64,000 bases of DNA from Bdellovibrionota bacterium. Lineage in GTDB: Bacteria; Bdellovibrionota_C; UBA2361; JAAYZI01. Under the pieces are notes generated by a model. That model searched no databases. It had not been told where the DNA came from and saw nothing but the letters and a program-made list of their open reading frames with translations. Made by a program: the position numbers and the translations under genes. Location: contig JBMNIF010000001.1 of NCBI GenBank assembly GCA_050950765.1, positions 384,001 to 448,000 on the forward strand. Direction: 5' to 3'. This document shows, in pieces, positions 47,210-63,464 of this stretch (its first letter is position 1; every line of letters begins with the position of its first letter).

Positions 47210-47432
47210 AGTTTAATGCAGATCTAGAATTTTTATCGCTTAAGATCTGTGTGACTTTTTTATAAAAAGAAAGTTTTTGTCACCTCTAAATTTGTTCAAT
47301 GGAACGGTAGAGGTTTACCCATTATTTTAGATAAGACAAAGCAGCTTGAGCAAATTGCATTGTATCTTTCGTGTTAAGAAGTAGCCGTGATATAAAATCT
47401 GGTGCTGGCTTTCTTTATTGTGAGATAGAGGT

Positions 47433-48572
47433 ATGAAATATTGCAAAAGATGCTTACAGCCTGATACGCGACCCAAAGTGCTTTTTGATGAAAATCAGAT
47501 CTGTTACGCCTGTAAATTTGAAGATGAAAAAAAGAAAATTGATTGGAAGGCACGTGAAGAATCTTTAAGATCTATTGCGGTAGAAGCGCAGGAAAAAGCA
47601 AAAAAAGAAGGTGCCCCGTATGACTGCGTGATCGGAGTTTCGGGGGGGAAAGATTCAACTTTTCAGGCGTTGTATGCTAAAGAAAAATTAGCTTTAAGAC
47701 CGCTATTGGTAAATTTTGTGCCAAATAGAAGGACAGAACTCGGTAGAAAAAACTTACAAAATCTTTGTGCTAAAGGCTTTGATATGATTTCGCTTGTAGC
47801 AGATCCTATTATTGCACAGAAGCTTGCTAGAAGATCTTTCTATGAAAAGGGTAACGCCGCAAATGCTTCTGAATATGCGTTATGGGCGAGTGCTTGGATT
47901 ATTGCGGATAAATTTAACATTCCGTTGATTATACAAGGTGAAAATGCTGCCTTAACATTAGGAGTTGCTCAAGGAAGTGTCTGCGATGGTGATGCTTTTG
48001 GAGTGGTGACGTTAGATACTTTACAAGGGTGTTCTGCTAAAGATCTAGTGAACGCTGAGATTACTTTAAGAGATCTATATTTTTATGATTTCCCTGATTT
48101 AAAAAAAATGATTGAAAAGGGGATTAAAGCTATTTGGTTGCAATATTATGTAAAGGAGTGGTCTCAGGTTTTTAACGCTGACTTTGCTGTGGCTAGAGGG
48201 TTGCAAGGGCGGCAGGATGATCTGCATGATATCGGACGCTATCGACGTTACACAGCATTAGATTCTGATCGTGTGATCGTTAATCAGATGTTGAAATATC
48301 TTAAATTCGGGTTTGGCTTTGCTACTGATGAAGCGTGTTATGATATTAGAGAAGGTCGCTTAAGTAGGGAGGATGCTATCCTGCTGGTTAAAGAGTATGA
48401 TGGTAAGTGTTCTCAAAAGTATATTGATATCTTTTGTGATTCACTAGGGATCACTGAATCGGAGTTTTGGAGAGTTGTCGACACCTTTGTTAATAAAAAG
48501 CTATTTAAAAAAGATAAGAACGGTAAGTGGCAGCCAAAATTTGAAGTTGGCGTTGACTTTGTGGAAGATTAA
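47433..48572 (+). CDS. N-acetyl sugar amidotransferase
   Basis: CKRC…CYAC, SGGKDS PP-loop, KFGFG. Confidence 0.92.
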   Translation: MKYCKRCLQPDTRPKVLFDENQICYACKFEDEKKKIDWKAREESLRSIAVEAQEKAKKEGAPYDCVIGVSGGKDSTFQALYAKEKLALRPLLVNFVPNRRTELGRKNLQNLCAKGFDMISLVADPIIAQKLARRSFYEKGNAANASEYALWASAWIIADKFNIPLIIQGENAALTLGVAQGSVCDGDAFGVVTLDTLQGCSAKDLVNAEITLRDLYFYDFPDLKKMIEKGIKAIWLQYYVKEWSQVFNADFAVARGLQGRQDDLHDIGRYRRYTALDSDRVIVNQMLKYLKFGFGFATDEACYDIREGRLSREDAILLVKEYDGKCSQKYIDIFCDSLGITESEFWRVVDTFVNKKLFKKDKNGKWQPKFEVGVDFVED

Positions 48573-48801
48573 CCATTCATTGATTGGGCATTTGTAAATC
48601 AACTTTTTGCGTGAATTAAGGGTGTCGAAACGTTTTATTGGATGAAAATAAAACGGAAAATAAATATTATCATTCTCCAGCGTTCACTCGGTTTCTCTTT
48701 AAATTGGACATCATATCGGTTTTATTGGTAATATTAGGGGATCATTGGGGTAAGATTTTTTTAAAAAAGTATAAAAAAACACAAAAAGTTAGAAATACCA
48801 C

Positions 48802-48829
48802 TGGACATTTAAGTCTAGATGTATATTAT
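48802..48829 (+). promoter_or_regulatory. Probable rRNA operon sigma70 promoter
   Basis: TGGACA-N16-TATTAT with A-rich upstream element. Confidence 0.5.
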
Positions 48830-49164
48830 ACACCAACCTTAATTGAGACGAGCTTAAGGAGCTTATTAGAGGGAGTTTAGGAACCTGAGGGCGTAAGCCT
48901 TGAGGGTTTTTGCGCTCTGCGACTGGTTTTTTGAGTAGTTTTGAGTTAGGGTTTTAAGACAATACGGATATGGGTAGAAGCTGTAATGATTACTGTTTAG
49001 GAAAAACGGTAGTGTACAATGAGTAGATCAAAGAGATTTCTTTGAGTAGCGCTTTGTGGGTAAAGCTAGTTGGTATGAAAGTACTAACTGATAAGAGCGA
49101 CGAATTGAATTTAGGGTTAAGAGTTTACGAATTGGTGTACGACCAAGAGTAGCAGATTTTTAAT

Positions 49165-50685
<1,521 letters not shown>

Positions 50686-51372
50686 TAAGGAGAGATGCGA
50701 AGATGTATTGACGAGAGTCGATGTATTTTTGCACGCCCTAAGATATGCAAGAGGTTCAATTTGTGAATGACGATGGAGTCAATTTACTCTGAAGTGTGAA
50801 TGAAGAGATCTCTTTGATCACCTGCTACGCGAGTTGGCACGAGAGTTTTTGTTTAGATGGTGAGAGTTACAGTTTCTATCGATATCCGTTAGGGGGTATA
50901 ACAATTAGGTAAGAGTAGAAGTGGTGATACTGCGTGTTGACCTTGTGGGAGTCGATGAGTCGGCTTTAGCGAGAGTTAACAACGAGGGCGAAAACACTAT
51001 CAAGGTATTTTTTCGACCTGATTCGGAATTTTTTCGAATAGTGCTTTAAGAAAAAAGTGCTTTAGGAAAAGTACATGATTTGGAGCTGTAAAAAGTTTTT
51101 CCAAGTCGGTATTTTTTCGACGGGTGCATAAGGAAAAAAGTACATAAGGAAAAAAATATCTGATAGAGTTTTTAAGAAATGTAAAAAAGTTAAATGTAAA
51201 CTAAATAATTGAAAGCCTGTTTATATGTTTTTTTAGAACGTATGAACGGAGAAAGATTTCATTGAACCAATAGTAGAGTTTTTGCCGTTAATTATTTAGC
51301 GGTGAAGATTATGAATTTTCTCGAGCGCGACGAGTTCAGAGTAATCTGGAATCGGAGCTCATAAGATATCTT

Positions 51373-54492
<3,120 letters not shown>

Positions 54493-54900
54493 TTTTTCTT
54501 TTCTTTTTTTAATTTAATTTAAAGAGGGAAGAATGAGTAAGATAATATAATGAGCGAAGATTGGTATTATGACTGATGATACCGTGCTGTGTTAATGTTT
54601 CACCTTTTAGAGGTTGGAACGAGAGTAGCAAACGCAGTCACGTTATCAGCAGACATGTACTGCTAATCGCGTTCGAGAAAGTTTATAATGTAATGATGCT
54701 ATTGGTAATGTTATTACGAGATAGTTTATGAAAGATAGTTTATGAAATATTTTATAGGATAATTTATTTATAAGATAATTATAAGGTACGTTTCTTAAGA
54801 GAGAGTTTTTGTTTTTGTTAGCAGTATCACAACTTTTACCTTGTTGTTTATTATTAGGTTATTTAAGGGGCTAGTTAGTTAGAGGCTAATTAAGCTAGGT

Positions 54901-55030
54901 AGAAAGTCACTGCGAAAGTAAGTGCACAAACTAGATACATAGAGGTGTATTTACTTTCTTGGTGACTATAGTGGAGAGGCGTTCCCATCCCGCAGGTTGT
55001 CTGCTATGTCAACTTGGCAGAGCCAAGATT
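54901..55030 (+). pseudogene. Partial duplicate of 5S rRNA and its leader
   Basis: Matches 55084-55183 with 7 nt deletion, then diverges. Confidence 0.8.
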
Positions 55031-55140
55031 GACATGACGCGTAGGTGTTCGGGATGAGGTTTTGGTAGTTGGCAGGTTAGTTAAGAAAGTCACTGCGAAA
55101 GTAAGTGCACAGGATTTAATATGTAGGTGTGTGTTTACTT

Positions 55141-55251
55141 TCTTGGTGACTATAGTGGAGAGGTTCCACCCGTTCCCATCCCGAACACGGTCGTTAAGCT
55201 CTCCTACGCCGATGATACTGGAACTACCGGGAAAGTAGGAAATTGCCAAGA
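55141..55251 (+). rRNA. rrf: 5S rRNA
   Basis: CCCATCCCGAACAC, GCCGATGATACT, terminal helix TCTTGG/CCAAGA. Confidence 0.96.
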
Positions 55252-55256
55252 TTTAT

Positions 55257-55292
55257 GGGTTTCTAAGCAGAGATGTTTAGAAACCCTTTTTT
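55257..55292 (+). terminator. rRNA operon terminator
   Basis: GGGTTTCTAAGCA…TGTTTAGAAACCC plus T run. Confidence 0.85.
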
Positions 55293-55401
55293 TATCTCCG
55301 TTCTTCAGGAGCCTTATCATTAGGAGGCTGTGCTTTAAAAATATAAAAATATTGGTGTATTATATATTACGTATTGCGTAATACGTTAGGAGATATATAT
55401 C

Positions 55402-56838
55402 ATGACATATCCAGATTGGGTTTTGAAAGAAAAAAAGAAAGGCACTGAAGTAGTTCACAGGAACGGCAAATATTATTTGTATAAAATAAGTTCTGTGTGG
55501 AATAAGGAAAAGGGGCGTGCTCAGAAGGTTACCTTAGAATACCTTGGCAGGATAACTGAAGATAAGGGTCTTATTCCCCCTAAACGTAGGGGTTCTTACA
55601 AAGATGGAGAAGTTTCTGCAAAGGAGTATGGAGCTAGCAAAACACTTTGTGAGTTAGGAAAAGACATATTAAATCGCTTAGAAGATAGGTTTCCGAATGA
55701 TTATCAAAAGATTTTTTCTATTGCTGCTTTAAGAGTAATTGAGCGTTGTCCGTTTAAGGGGATTGATTTTTTGTATGAGAAATCTTTTTTATCTGAACGC
55801 TTCGGAAAGCTTGCTCTATCTTCCTCTAGCATATCAAGGTTTTTAAGGGAGCTAGGTAGCCAGAGACCAAAGTTAGTTGGTTTTATGAAAGAGTATGTTT
55901 GCGATGTTGATTATCTTTTTTTTGATTTAACAAATATAATAAGCAAATCGGAAAATGTTGAAATAAATAGAGTTGGCTATAACAGTCATCATGATTTTGA
56001 TCCTCAAATTGGCTTAATGTATGCTTTTTCAGCGGATGACAGTTCTCCCACTTATTACAGGGTTATCCCTGGGAATATAAGAGATGTGAGGGCATTTAAG
56101 GGGAGTATAGAAGAGGCTGGTATAAAGGATGCTGTAATAGTTGCAGATAAAGGGTTTGGCTCACAAGAGAATTTTAAGTTATTAAAAGAAGCTAATTTAA
56201 AATATATTGTTCCATTAAGGCGCAATAATTCAAACATAAACAGAGAGATTTTAAGATGTGGAGACAAGTCTAAGTTTGAAAATTTTTTCTTTCATAATGC
56301 TCGTCCTATATGGCCTTACTCATATAAAATAAACGAAGATCGTCTTATTGTTTGTCTTGATGAATCGCTTAAGGCTAGAGAAGAGGCTGATTATCTGCGT
56401 AGAGTTCAAGAGAATATAGAAGGCTACACAAAAGAAGGTTTTATCGATAAACAATACCAATTCGGAACGATTACTTTTCAAACAAATCTCGATTTACCAT
56501 GCGACAAGGTATTTTGTTTATATAAGGCAAGAAATGAAATAGAGATGACATTCGATTTTTTAAAAAACCTATTAGAGCAAGATCGTGTATACTTGCAAGA
56601 TAAATATGCGATTGAAGCTTGGGCGTTCATAAACCATATTTCACTTATGCTTGTTTATTTGATATATCATAAACTTAAAGAAAGTGAACTTATTTCTAAA
56701 TATTCCATTCAAGAATTTATTACACATCTTAAATATATAAGTTATTTAAAAATCGGAGACTCGTGGGTAGTAAGTGAGATTTCAGGTAAAACACAAAAAA
56801 TTTTAGAAAAATTAAAAATTCATATTACGCAAACGTGA
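55402..56838 (+). mobile_element. DDE transposase, IS1634-like
   Basis: FDLT, GYN, ADKGF, Y-x2-R-x2-IE-x2-F; ends not confidently defined. Confidence 0.85.
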
Positions 56839-57022
56839 AGAGTTAGGGATTGAGGATGCTGGTGCCACCCATCTTGTGGTGGTAGGGGGAATCTGGCAAA
56901 AGGGTGAATCTTGAGTGTTCTATAAAAGTTCGGAAGTTGGACGATCTTTTTATTTGCTAAAAGTAACTGCTACGCCTATCCTTTCCTTTCTCTCACCTGT
57001 AACGCTTACTTGAGTTTTGTTT

Positions 57023-57706
57023 ATGTCGAGGAAGGTTGATTATAATAAATTGATGGAGGAAGAGCTTGCCGTTGTTGATGATGCTACTTCACGCGCACCC
57101 ATTCACTCAAAACCGAATCTTCTTCTACATGTTTGTTGTGCACCGTGCTCTAGTGCGTGTCTTGAACGTCTTGTAAATCACTTTGAAGTGACGGTTTTCT
57201 TCTATAATCCGAACATTCAGCCGGAAGTAGAGTATCAAAAACGGCTTGAAGAGGTACAAAGATTTATTCAGTTGTACTCTGAAAATTTAAAGACAGAGAT
57301 AAAACTTATTGTTGGAACTTACGATAGAGGAGATTTTTTCACTGCTACAAAAGTTAAAGAAGATTTAGAAATGCAGCTTGCTCCTGAGCGCGGAGAAAGG
57401 TGTAGACGGTGTTATCAATTTAGAATGGAAAAAACCTTTGCTTACGCTAGGGATAACCGTTACGACTATGTAGCAACCACTTTAACACTTAGCCCCTATA
57501 AAGATGCGGAAAAGGTAAATCAGATAGGAGAGAAGATAGCTAAAGATAGTTTTTCAATATACTCTCTTTTCCCTACAAAGTACCTTTTTTCAGATTTTAA
57601 AAAGAAAAATGGCTTTTTACGCTCTAAACAACTCTCAAAAGAATACAATATATACCAACAAAATTACTGTGGTTGTGAGTATGGAGGCATATTAAGCGCC
57701 AAGTAG
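57023..57706 (+). CDS. queH: Epoxyqueuosine reductase QueH (DUF208)
   Basis: HVCCAPCS, YNPNI, RCRRC, YCGC. Confidence 0.94.
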   Translation: MSRKVDYNKLMEEELAVVDDATSRAPIHSKPNLLLHVCCAPCSSACLERLVNHFEVTVFFYNPNIQPEVEYQKRLEEVQRFIQLYSENLKTEIKLIVGTYDRGDFFTATKVKEDLEMQLAPERGERCRRCYQFRMEKTFAYARDNRYDYVATTLTLSPYKDAEKVNQIGEKIAKDSFSIYSLFPTKYLFSDFKKKNGFLRSKQLSKEYNIYQQNYCGCEYGGILSAK

Positions 57707-57764
57707 ATCCCCAGTTCCGCTCTCTTTTTTCTTTACTTCCTAGCCTAGCCATTTTTTAAAAGCT

Positions 57765-59635
57765 TTTAGCTGAAGGGTGATAGTAGAATCTAGCAATAGT
57801 TTGGGTGTCCTTTTTGGAGGGCAGGGGTATTTGCAAATTTTTAACCTCCGTTCAGAGAGCTAGCCGATTCACTCTTCTGTTTGAGCCCGTTCAAGCGTCC
57901 CTGAAGGGTGAAGTGATGGAAAAATGAAGGGTGGCACCAAATTTTTAACCCTCTAACCAACGTAAACTTTTGCTAATGTCTTGATATTATTAGCTAGTGC
58001 GGTTTTTAAAGTTTGGGTGTCCTTTTTGGGGTGATGGAAAAATGAAGGGTGGCACCAGTAAAAGTGGCGTTATTGAAGGGTGCACCAGTTTTTTGACCCT
58101 CGCTGCTTCTTACTGAAGGGCTGCTTCTTACTGGTGGGTGGCACCAATTTCTAACCACCCGTCCAAGCGTCATAGAAGGGTGGCACCAAATTCGTCAAAT
58201 TCTAGGCTTTGACTAACATCTTGATATTATTAGCTACTGCGGTTTTTAGAGTTTGGGTGTCCTTTTCTTTTTGGGTTGAAAGTGGCGTCCCTGAAGGGTG
58301 GCACCAAATTAGTCAAATTCTAGGTTTTGACTAACATCTTGATATTATTAGCTAGTGCGGTTTTTTAAGTTTGGGTGTCCTAGTTGTAGCCGTCTTGGGT
58401 GGCACCAGTAAAAGAGGGTGCCCTAATTGCAAACCGTTGAAGGGTGGCACCAAATTTTTAGCGATAGTTTAGGTGCCCTAATTGAGGTTTGCCTCTGAAG
58501 TGATGGAAAAATGAAGGGTGGCACCAAATTTTTAACCCTCTAACCAACGTAAACTTTTGCTAATGTCTTGATATTATTAGCTAGTGCGGTTTTTAGAGTT
58601 TGGGTGTCCTATTTGCAAAGCCTTTTATAACTAGTGGGTGGCACCAGTAAAAGTGGGTGTCCTAATTGAGGTTTATCCTTCGAAGTGATGGAAAAATGAA
58701 GGGTGGCACCAAATTTTTAACCCCCGTCCAGATCCAGCTGATCCCGTTTTTTAGTTGCAGCCAGTCTTTCAACCGGTGGGCAACCGTCCCTGAAGGGAAC
58801 CGTCCTTGAAGGGTGGCACCAAATTCTAACCCTCAACCGGTGGGCAACCGTCCCAATACCTCGCAGCTCTCGTGATTGGGAGCTCCAAATTCTAACCCTC
58901 AACCGGTGGGCAACCGTCCCTGAAGGGAACCGTCCTTGAAGGGTGGCACCAAATTCTAACCCTATTTGCAAATTTTTAATTTCCGTTCAGACCTAGCCGA
59001 TTCACTCTTATGTTTGAGCCCATCCAAGCGTCCCTGAAGGGTGGCACCAAATTAGTCAAATTCTAGGTTTTGACTAACATCTTGATATTATTAGCTAGTG
59101 CGGTTTTTTAAGTTTGGGTGTCCTAGTTGTAGCCGTCTTGGGTGGCACCAAATTTTTAACCTCCGTCCAAGTGTCCCTGAAGGGTGAAGTGATGGGAAAG
59201 TGAAGGGTGGCACCAAATTAGTCAAATTCTAGGTTTTGACTAACATCTTGATATTATTAGCTAGTGCGGTTTTTTAAGTTTGGGTGTCCTAGTTGTAGCC
59301 GTCTTGGGTGGCACCAGATTTTTAACCCCCGTCCAAGCGTCCCCGAAGGGTGAAGTGATGGGAAAGTGAAGGGTGGCACCAAATTCGTCAAATTCTAGGC
59401 TTTGACTAACATCTTGATATTATTAGCTACTGCGGTTTTTAAAGTTTGGGTGTCCTATTTGCAAAGCCTTTAAGGGTGGCACCAGATTTTTAACCCCAGT
59501 GAAAACTGTCCTGCTGAAGGGTGGCACCAGTAAAGGTGGGTGTCCTTTTTGGGGTGCCAGTAAAGGTGGGTGTCCTTTTTGGGGTGATGGAAAAATGAAG
59601 GGTGGCACCAGTAAAAGTGGGTGTCCTAATTGGGG
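57765..59635. repeat. Mosaic repeat cluster 8 (largest, ~1.9 kb)
   Basis: ~20 co-oriented GGGTGGCACC and >10 GGGTGTCC cores. Confidence 0.95.
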
Positions 59636-59637
59636 TT

Positions 59638-59697
59638 TGGCATGAGCATTGCTTGTATCTTAAGTGAGGGAAAAGGATCGGCAATTTTTGCCGAGTT
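59638..59697 (+). promoter_or_regulatory. Sigma54 promoter (59638-59653) and weaker sigma28-like site (59671-59697) before flgK
   Basis: TGGCAT-N5-TTGCT; AAAA-N15-GCCGAGTT. Confidence 0.6.
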
Positions 59698-59725
59698 CTG
59701 TTTTTCCCCCTTGTTTTGAGGAGAT

Positions 59726-61360
59726 ATGAGCGGATACGTATCACGAATTTTAGGAACGGCAGTTAGTGGACTTAATGCACAACAGGCTAAGATCGCTGCG
59801 GCTGCCAATAATATCTCTAACGTTAATACGGAAGGTTATGTCCGACGTGATGTAGAACTCACCGTTAGAGAAGGTTTTAGCATCGCCGGAGGTGTTAATG
59901 TCGGTTGCGGAGTAGATGTCTCTTCTCTAATAAGACAAACAAATGAATATCTTGAAAAGTTATTAAGAGAGGCTAATGGTGATTTCCAATCTTCAAATAT
60001 TCAAGATGAATATCTTGATAGAGTCGAAAGCCTTTTTGCCTTAACAGATAAAAGCACACTCACTATCGGTTCAGCCTTAACAGATTTTTTCTCCGCCGCA
60101 GGAGATCTGGCTGTTAACCCAATGAATACGGAGTTGCGTGCTAACTTTATCGCTAAAACAGAGAACCTCTGTTTTGCTTTGCAAAATACCTACAATACTC
60201 TAGCTTCATTACAAACCGAAGCTGATGAACGAATTGTTACTGAAATAGAGACAGTTAATTCAATAAATGCTCAGATTGCAGATTTAAACGCCAAAATTGT
60301 GGGTATTGAAGCTGCGGGAGGTGTGGCAGCAGATGCTAGAGATCAACGTTCCGCACTCTTAGAAAAACTTTCCGAAAAAATGAGCTTCAATGTTGTTGAA
60401 AGAGGGGATGGCTCAATCAATATCACGTTAAGTAACGGATTCTCTATCGTCGCCGGTGATGACTTCTATAAACTAACAACAGTAACAGATGTTGGTCCTG
60501 GTCAAGAGCCGAGATCGTTGAACGGCGGTTCTTTAAATTACATAGTTTATGATTACAGTAACGGCGCAGGAACAGAAGTTGTTAATCTGACTGATATCAT
60601 ATCAAGAGGCACTGGCTCTTTGGGCGGATTGCTACGGGTTAGAGGTAGTTATGCTATTGAAGATAATAGTGTTGATTCTGCTTTTAACGGCAAAGGTTTA
60701 TTAGTCGATTACGCCTCACGAGTAGAGGCAATTACCCGTAGTTTGTTAATAGATATAAATAATAAGTATAGAGCTCTAAATGGTGTCGGTGTTTCAACGG
60801 CGGGAGATTTAGATGGTAATTCACCTGATGTGTTCGGACTCTTTACCTTTAAAAACGCTTTTGATGACGGTAATGGCGTTGTAACTGAAGGTGATTTAGA
60901 AGATTCAATGACCGCCGCTAACTATACTAATCTATCATCAATCATTAGCATCGCTTTTTCTGATCCATCTCGGGTAGCAGCTGCTCTTGCAGATGATCCT
61001 AACGCAGCTGTTATGACATTTTCGAAAGGAAATGGTGCAAATATGGAATCTTTGGTGAAAGAACAACTAACAGTTAGAAACTTTACACTGGGGAATTTTG
61101 TTTTAAGTAATGCAACTTATGGCGCTTCATATGATGAGCTAGTGAGTAAGGTTGGGAATGCTAAGAGCACTTCGTTGATTAATACTTCAGTAGCAAGAGG
61201 CAATTTAACAGCAGCACAATCACAACGTGATCAACAATCGGCTGTAAGTCTAGATGAAGAGTTTGTAAGTCTTATTAAATATCAACGTGCTTATCAGGCT
61301 TCTGCACGATTATTAACTATTTCTGATGAGCTATTACAGGAGGTCTTAAGGACGATATGA
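59726..61360 (+). CDS. flgK: Flagellar hook-associated protein 1
   Basis: NNISNVNTEGYVR, VSLDEE, YQRAYQASAR. Confidence 0.96.
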   Translation: MSGYVSRILGTAVSGLNAQQAKIAAAANNISNVNTEGYVRRDVELTVREGFSIAGGVNVGCGVDVSSLIRQTNEYLEKLLREANGDFQSSNIQDEYLDRVESLFALTDKSTLTIGSALTDFFSAAGDLAVNPMNTELRANFIAKTENLCFALQNTYNTLASLQTEADERIVTEIETVNSINAQIADLNAKIVGIEAAGGVAADARDQRSALLEKLSEKMSFNVVERGDGSINITLSNGFSIVAGDDFYKLTTVTDVGPGQEPRSLNGGSLNYIVYDYSNGAGTEVVNLTDIISRGTGSLGGLLRVRGSYAIEDNSVDSAFNGKGLLVDYASRVEAITRSLLIDINNKYRALNGVGVSTAGDLDGNSPDVFGLFTFKNAFDDGNGVVTEGDLEDSMTAANYTNLSSIISIAFSDPSRVAAALADDPNAAVMTFSKGNGANMESLVKEQLTVRNFTLGNFVLSNATYGASYDELVSKVGNAKSTSLINTSVARGNLTAAQSQRDQQSAVSLDEEFVSLIKYQRAYQASARLLTISDELLQEVLRTI

Positions 61361-62352
61361 CACGTATAACTGAAAGCCAACTCGTTGGTGGAATGATCAA
61401 CTCAATACAAAACAATCGCGCTGATGTAGCAAAATACGGCGGACAGGCTTCCAGCGGTTTAAAAGTTGCGGAAGCTGGTGACTCAACCTTTTCTGGAACT
61501 ATCTCTGAACTGCGCACTATTACAGAACGCTTAGACACCTACACTAATAGAATAAATCAGATTGAAGGATATTTTCATACTCAGGAGAGTCTGCTCAGCA
61601 CTAGTATGGATTTAATGATACGTGCTAAAGAGATCGCCACCCAAGCTGCAAATGAAACCAATAGTGAGACAGAAAGGTTTGCGCTTGCTGAAGAGATGAT
61701 TCAATTAAGAGATGAACTTGTCAGCTTGGCAAATACTAAGTATCAAGGACAATATATATATTCAGGAACCGCTAGTGACGAACCAGCTTATGCGGAGTCG
61801 ACCGTTGATTATACAGAGGGCGGAAAGGGAACCACTAAGCATTATATCTATAAGGGGAATGCGCAAGAACGTTCGGCTCAAATCACCGATACTCTTTCAA
61901 TCACTATGAATAGTAGTGGAGAAGAGGTCTTTGACAATGCTATTAAGGCATTAGAAAAATTGTCCCGAGCCTTACAAGGGTATCAGACAAATATTGATGC
62001 CGTTACAGGAGAAATTACACCCGATGATCCTGCTAATATAGGGTATACGTTTCCTGATGATTATGAAACTCAAACGCAAGATATCTTAGATTGTATAGAT
62101 TTAATTGATAATGCTAGAGAGAGAGATTTAAGCCCTGAACGGGTCAATGTGGCAGGACGCTTAAATCGCATTAGCACCGCAAACTCTTTAATCAAATTAG
62201 ATAAAATTAGCACAGATGAGGCTCTATCAAAGTTGCAAGATGCTGACTTGGTAGAAGTTGCCAGTAAGTACTCGTTAGCAGAACAGGCTTTGTCGGCTTC
62301 GATGACGGTTACAATGAGAATGTTGAAAATCTCTATTTTGGATTATATTTAA
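61357..62352 (+). CDS. flgL: Flagellar hook-associated protein 3
   Basis: MTRIT, LANTKYQGQYIYSG, SILDYI. Confidence 0.94.
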   Translation: MTRITESQLVGGMINSIQNNRADVAKYGGQASSGLKVAEAGDSTFSGTISELRTITERLDTYTNRINQIEGYFHTQESLLSTSMDLMIRAKEIATQAANETNSETERFALAEEMIQLRDELVSLANTKYQGQYIYSGTASDEPAYAESTVDYTEGGKGTTKHYIYKGNAQERSAQITDTLSITMNSSGEEVFDNAIKALEKLSRALQGYQTNIDAVTGEITPDDPANIGYTFPDDYETQTQDILDCIDLIDNARERDLSPERVNVAGRLNRISTANSLIKLDKISTDEALSKLQDADLVEVASKYSLAEQALSASMTVTMRMLKISILDYI

Positions 62353-62583
62353 CTCTGATATCCTACAAATATCACCTGTTTTTGTGTTTTAAAAAGCAGG
62401 TACTTTTCTTGAATCTATTATATATCTTGCCAGCATCGTACATTTAAGGCAATTTATGTAGGCAGGGTTCCTCTTTGGTTTTTTTAGATTATGAAAAAAT
62501 CATTAGGAAGGATTCTGTATAAGATAAGTTGTTTTCTTATCGTAAAAGTATAGGTTTTTTGTTGCCAAGGAAGGCTTAGATTA

Positions 62584-62955
62584 ATGTTGATTTTAACTAG
62601 AAAGCCGGGTGAAAGTCTGTATATCGGGGATGATATTAAGATAACTATCGTCGAGATAAAAGGACATCAAATTCGGATAGGAATAGAGGCACCAAAAGAC
62701 TGCCGAATATATCGAGAAGAGATATATTTAGCTATTTTGGAGGAGAACAGGAGCGCAGCAGCCTGCAATCCAATAGAGGTAACTTCACAAAAGGTTGCTA
62801 CGGTGGATGTGCATCCGGTTTCTTTGAGGCCGAGATCTCGTAAGGTTGAAGCGTCAAAGAATAATTCAGAAGATACCAAGGAAGTGTCTACTCCTGTGGT
62901 TAAAGATTCTGATCTTGTTGTAAGACGAAAACGGTCTAGGAAAACTGATGAGTAA
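62584..62955 (+). CDS. csrA: Carbon storage regulator with long C-terminal tail
   Basis: [23 protein letters not shown]. Confidence 0.96.
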   Translation: MLILTRKPGESLYIGDDIKITIVEIKGHQIRIGIEAPKDCRIYREEIYLAILEENRSAAACNPIEVTSQKVATVDVHPVSLRPRSRKVEASKNNSEDTKEVSTPVVKDSDLVVRRKRSRKTDE

Positions 62956-63448
62956 CGAGGCAGTAGTAGATTCAAAAAATATAACGTTCCAAAGCTCTCG
63001 TTTTGGTGAGGTCGTTGTGCCGGAAGATAGTGTCTTGGAGTTCCCAGTTGGAATTATAGGATTTCCAAATCAACATCAATACGTAATGTTAGAACATAAG
63101 CCACCCTTTGCATGGCTTCATGCTGTGGATGAACCAAACTTAGCCTTCGTTGTTATTGATGCTTTAGAGCTGGGCGAGGGGTATAGTGTACAACCTCCGA
63201 TAGGTGATAAGGATATCGACCTGAAGGAAGATGATGAGTATGCTGTTCTGATCATTGTAACTATCAGACCTGATCCAAGTATGACAACGGCTAATTTGAA
63301 AGCTCCGCTCTTTGTTAATCTTCGAAACAGAAAAGGGGTACAGGTGATTTTTGATGATGCCAGATTGTCAACTAGGCACCTCTTGTGGAAAGTTAATGAT
63401 AAGGGTGAGCAGATAGTAGCTGAACCTGATATAAAACAGGATAAATAG
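62948..63448 (+). CDS. fliW: Flagellar assembly factor
   Basis: SRFG, GIIGF, TANLKAP. Confidence 0.95.
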   Translation: MSNEAVVDSKNITFQSSRFGEVVVPEDSVLEFPVGIIGFPNQHQYVMLEHKPPFAWLHAVDEPNLAFVVIDALELGEGYSVQPPIGDKDIDLKEDDEYAVLIIVTIRPDPSMTTANLKAPLFVNLRNRKGVQVIFDDARLSTRHLLWKVNDKGEQIVAEPDIKQDK

Positions 63449-63464
63449 CCGGAAAAATCAGGAC

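Noticed and set aside
48638..48880. 80 aa ORF
   Set aside because: Overlaps AT-rich rRNA promoter region, no recognisable motif
55310..56850. Exact IS ends and target duplication
   Set aside because: Only a 10 bp subterminal inverted match (TTGCGTAATA); no convincing terminal repeats or TSD by eye
57765..59635. CRISPR array
   Set aside because: Cores only 8-14 bp, spacing irregular, intervening sequences re-used, no cas genes
58717..59808. Minus-strand ORFs in cluster 8 (also 20437..20619)
   Set aside because: Translations of repeats or antisense to flgK
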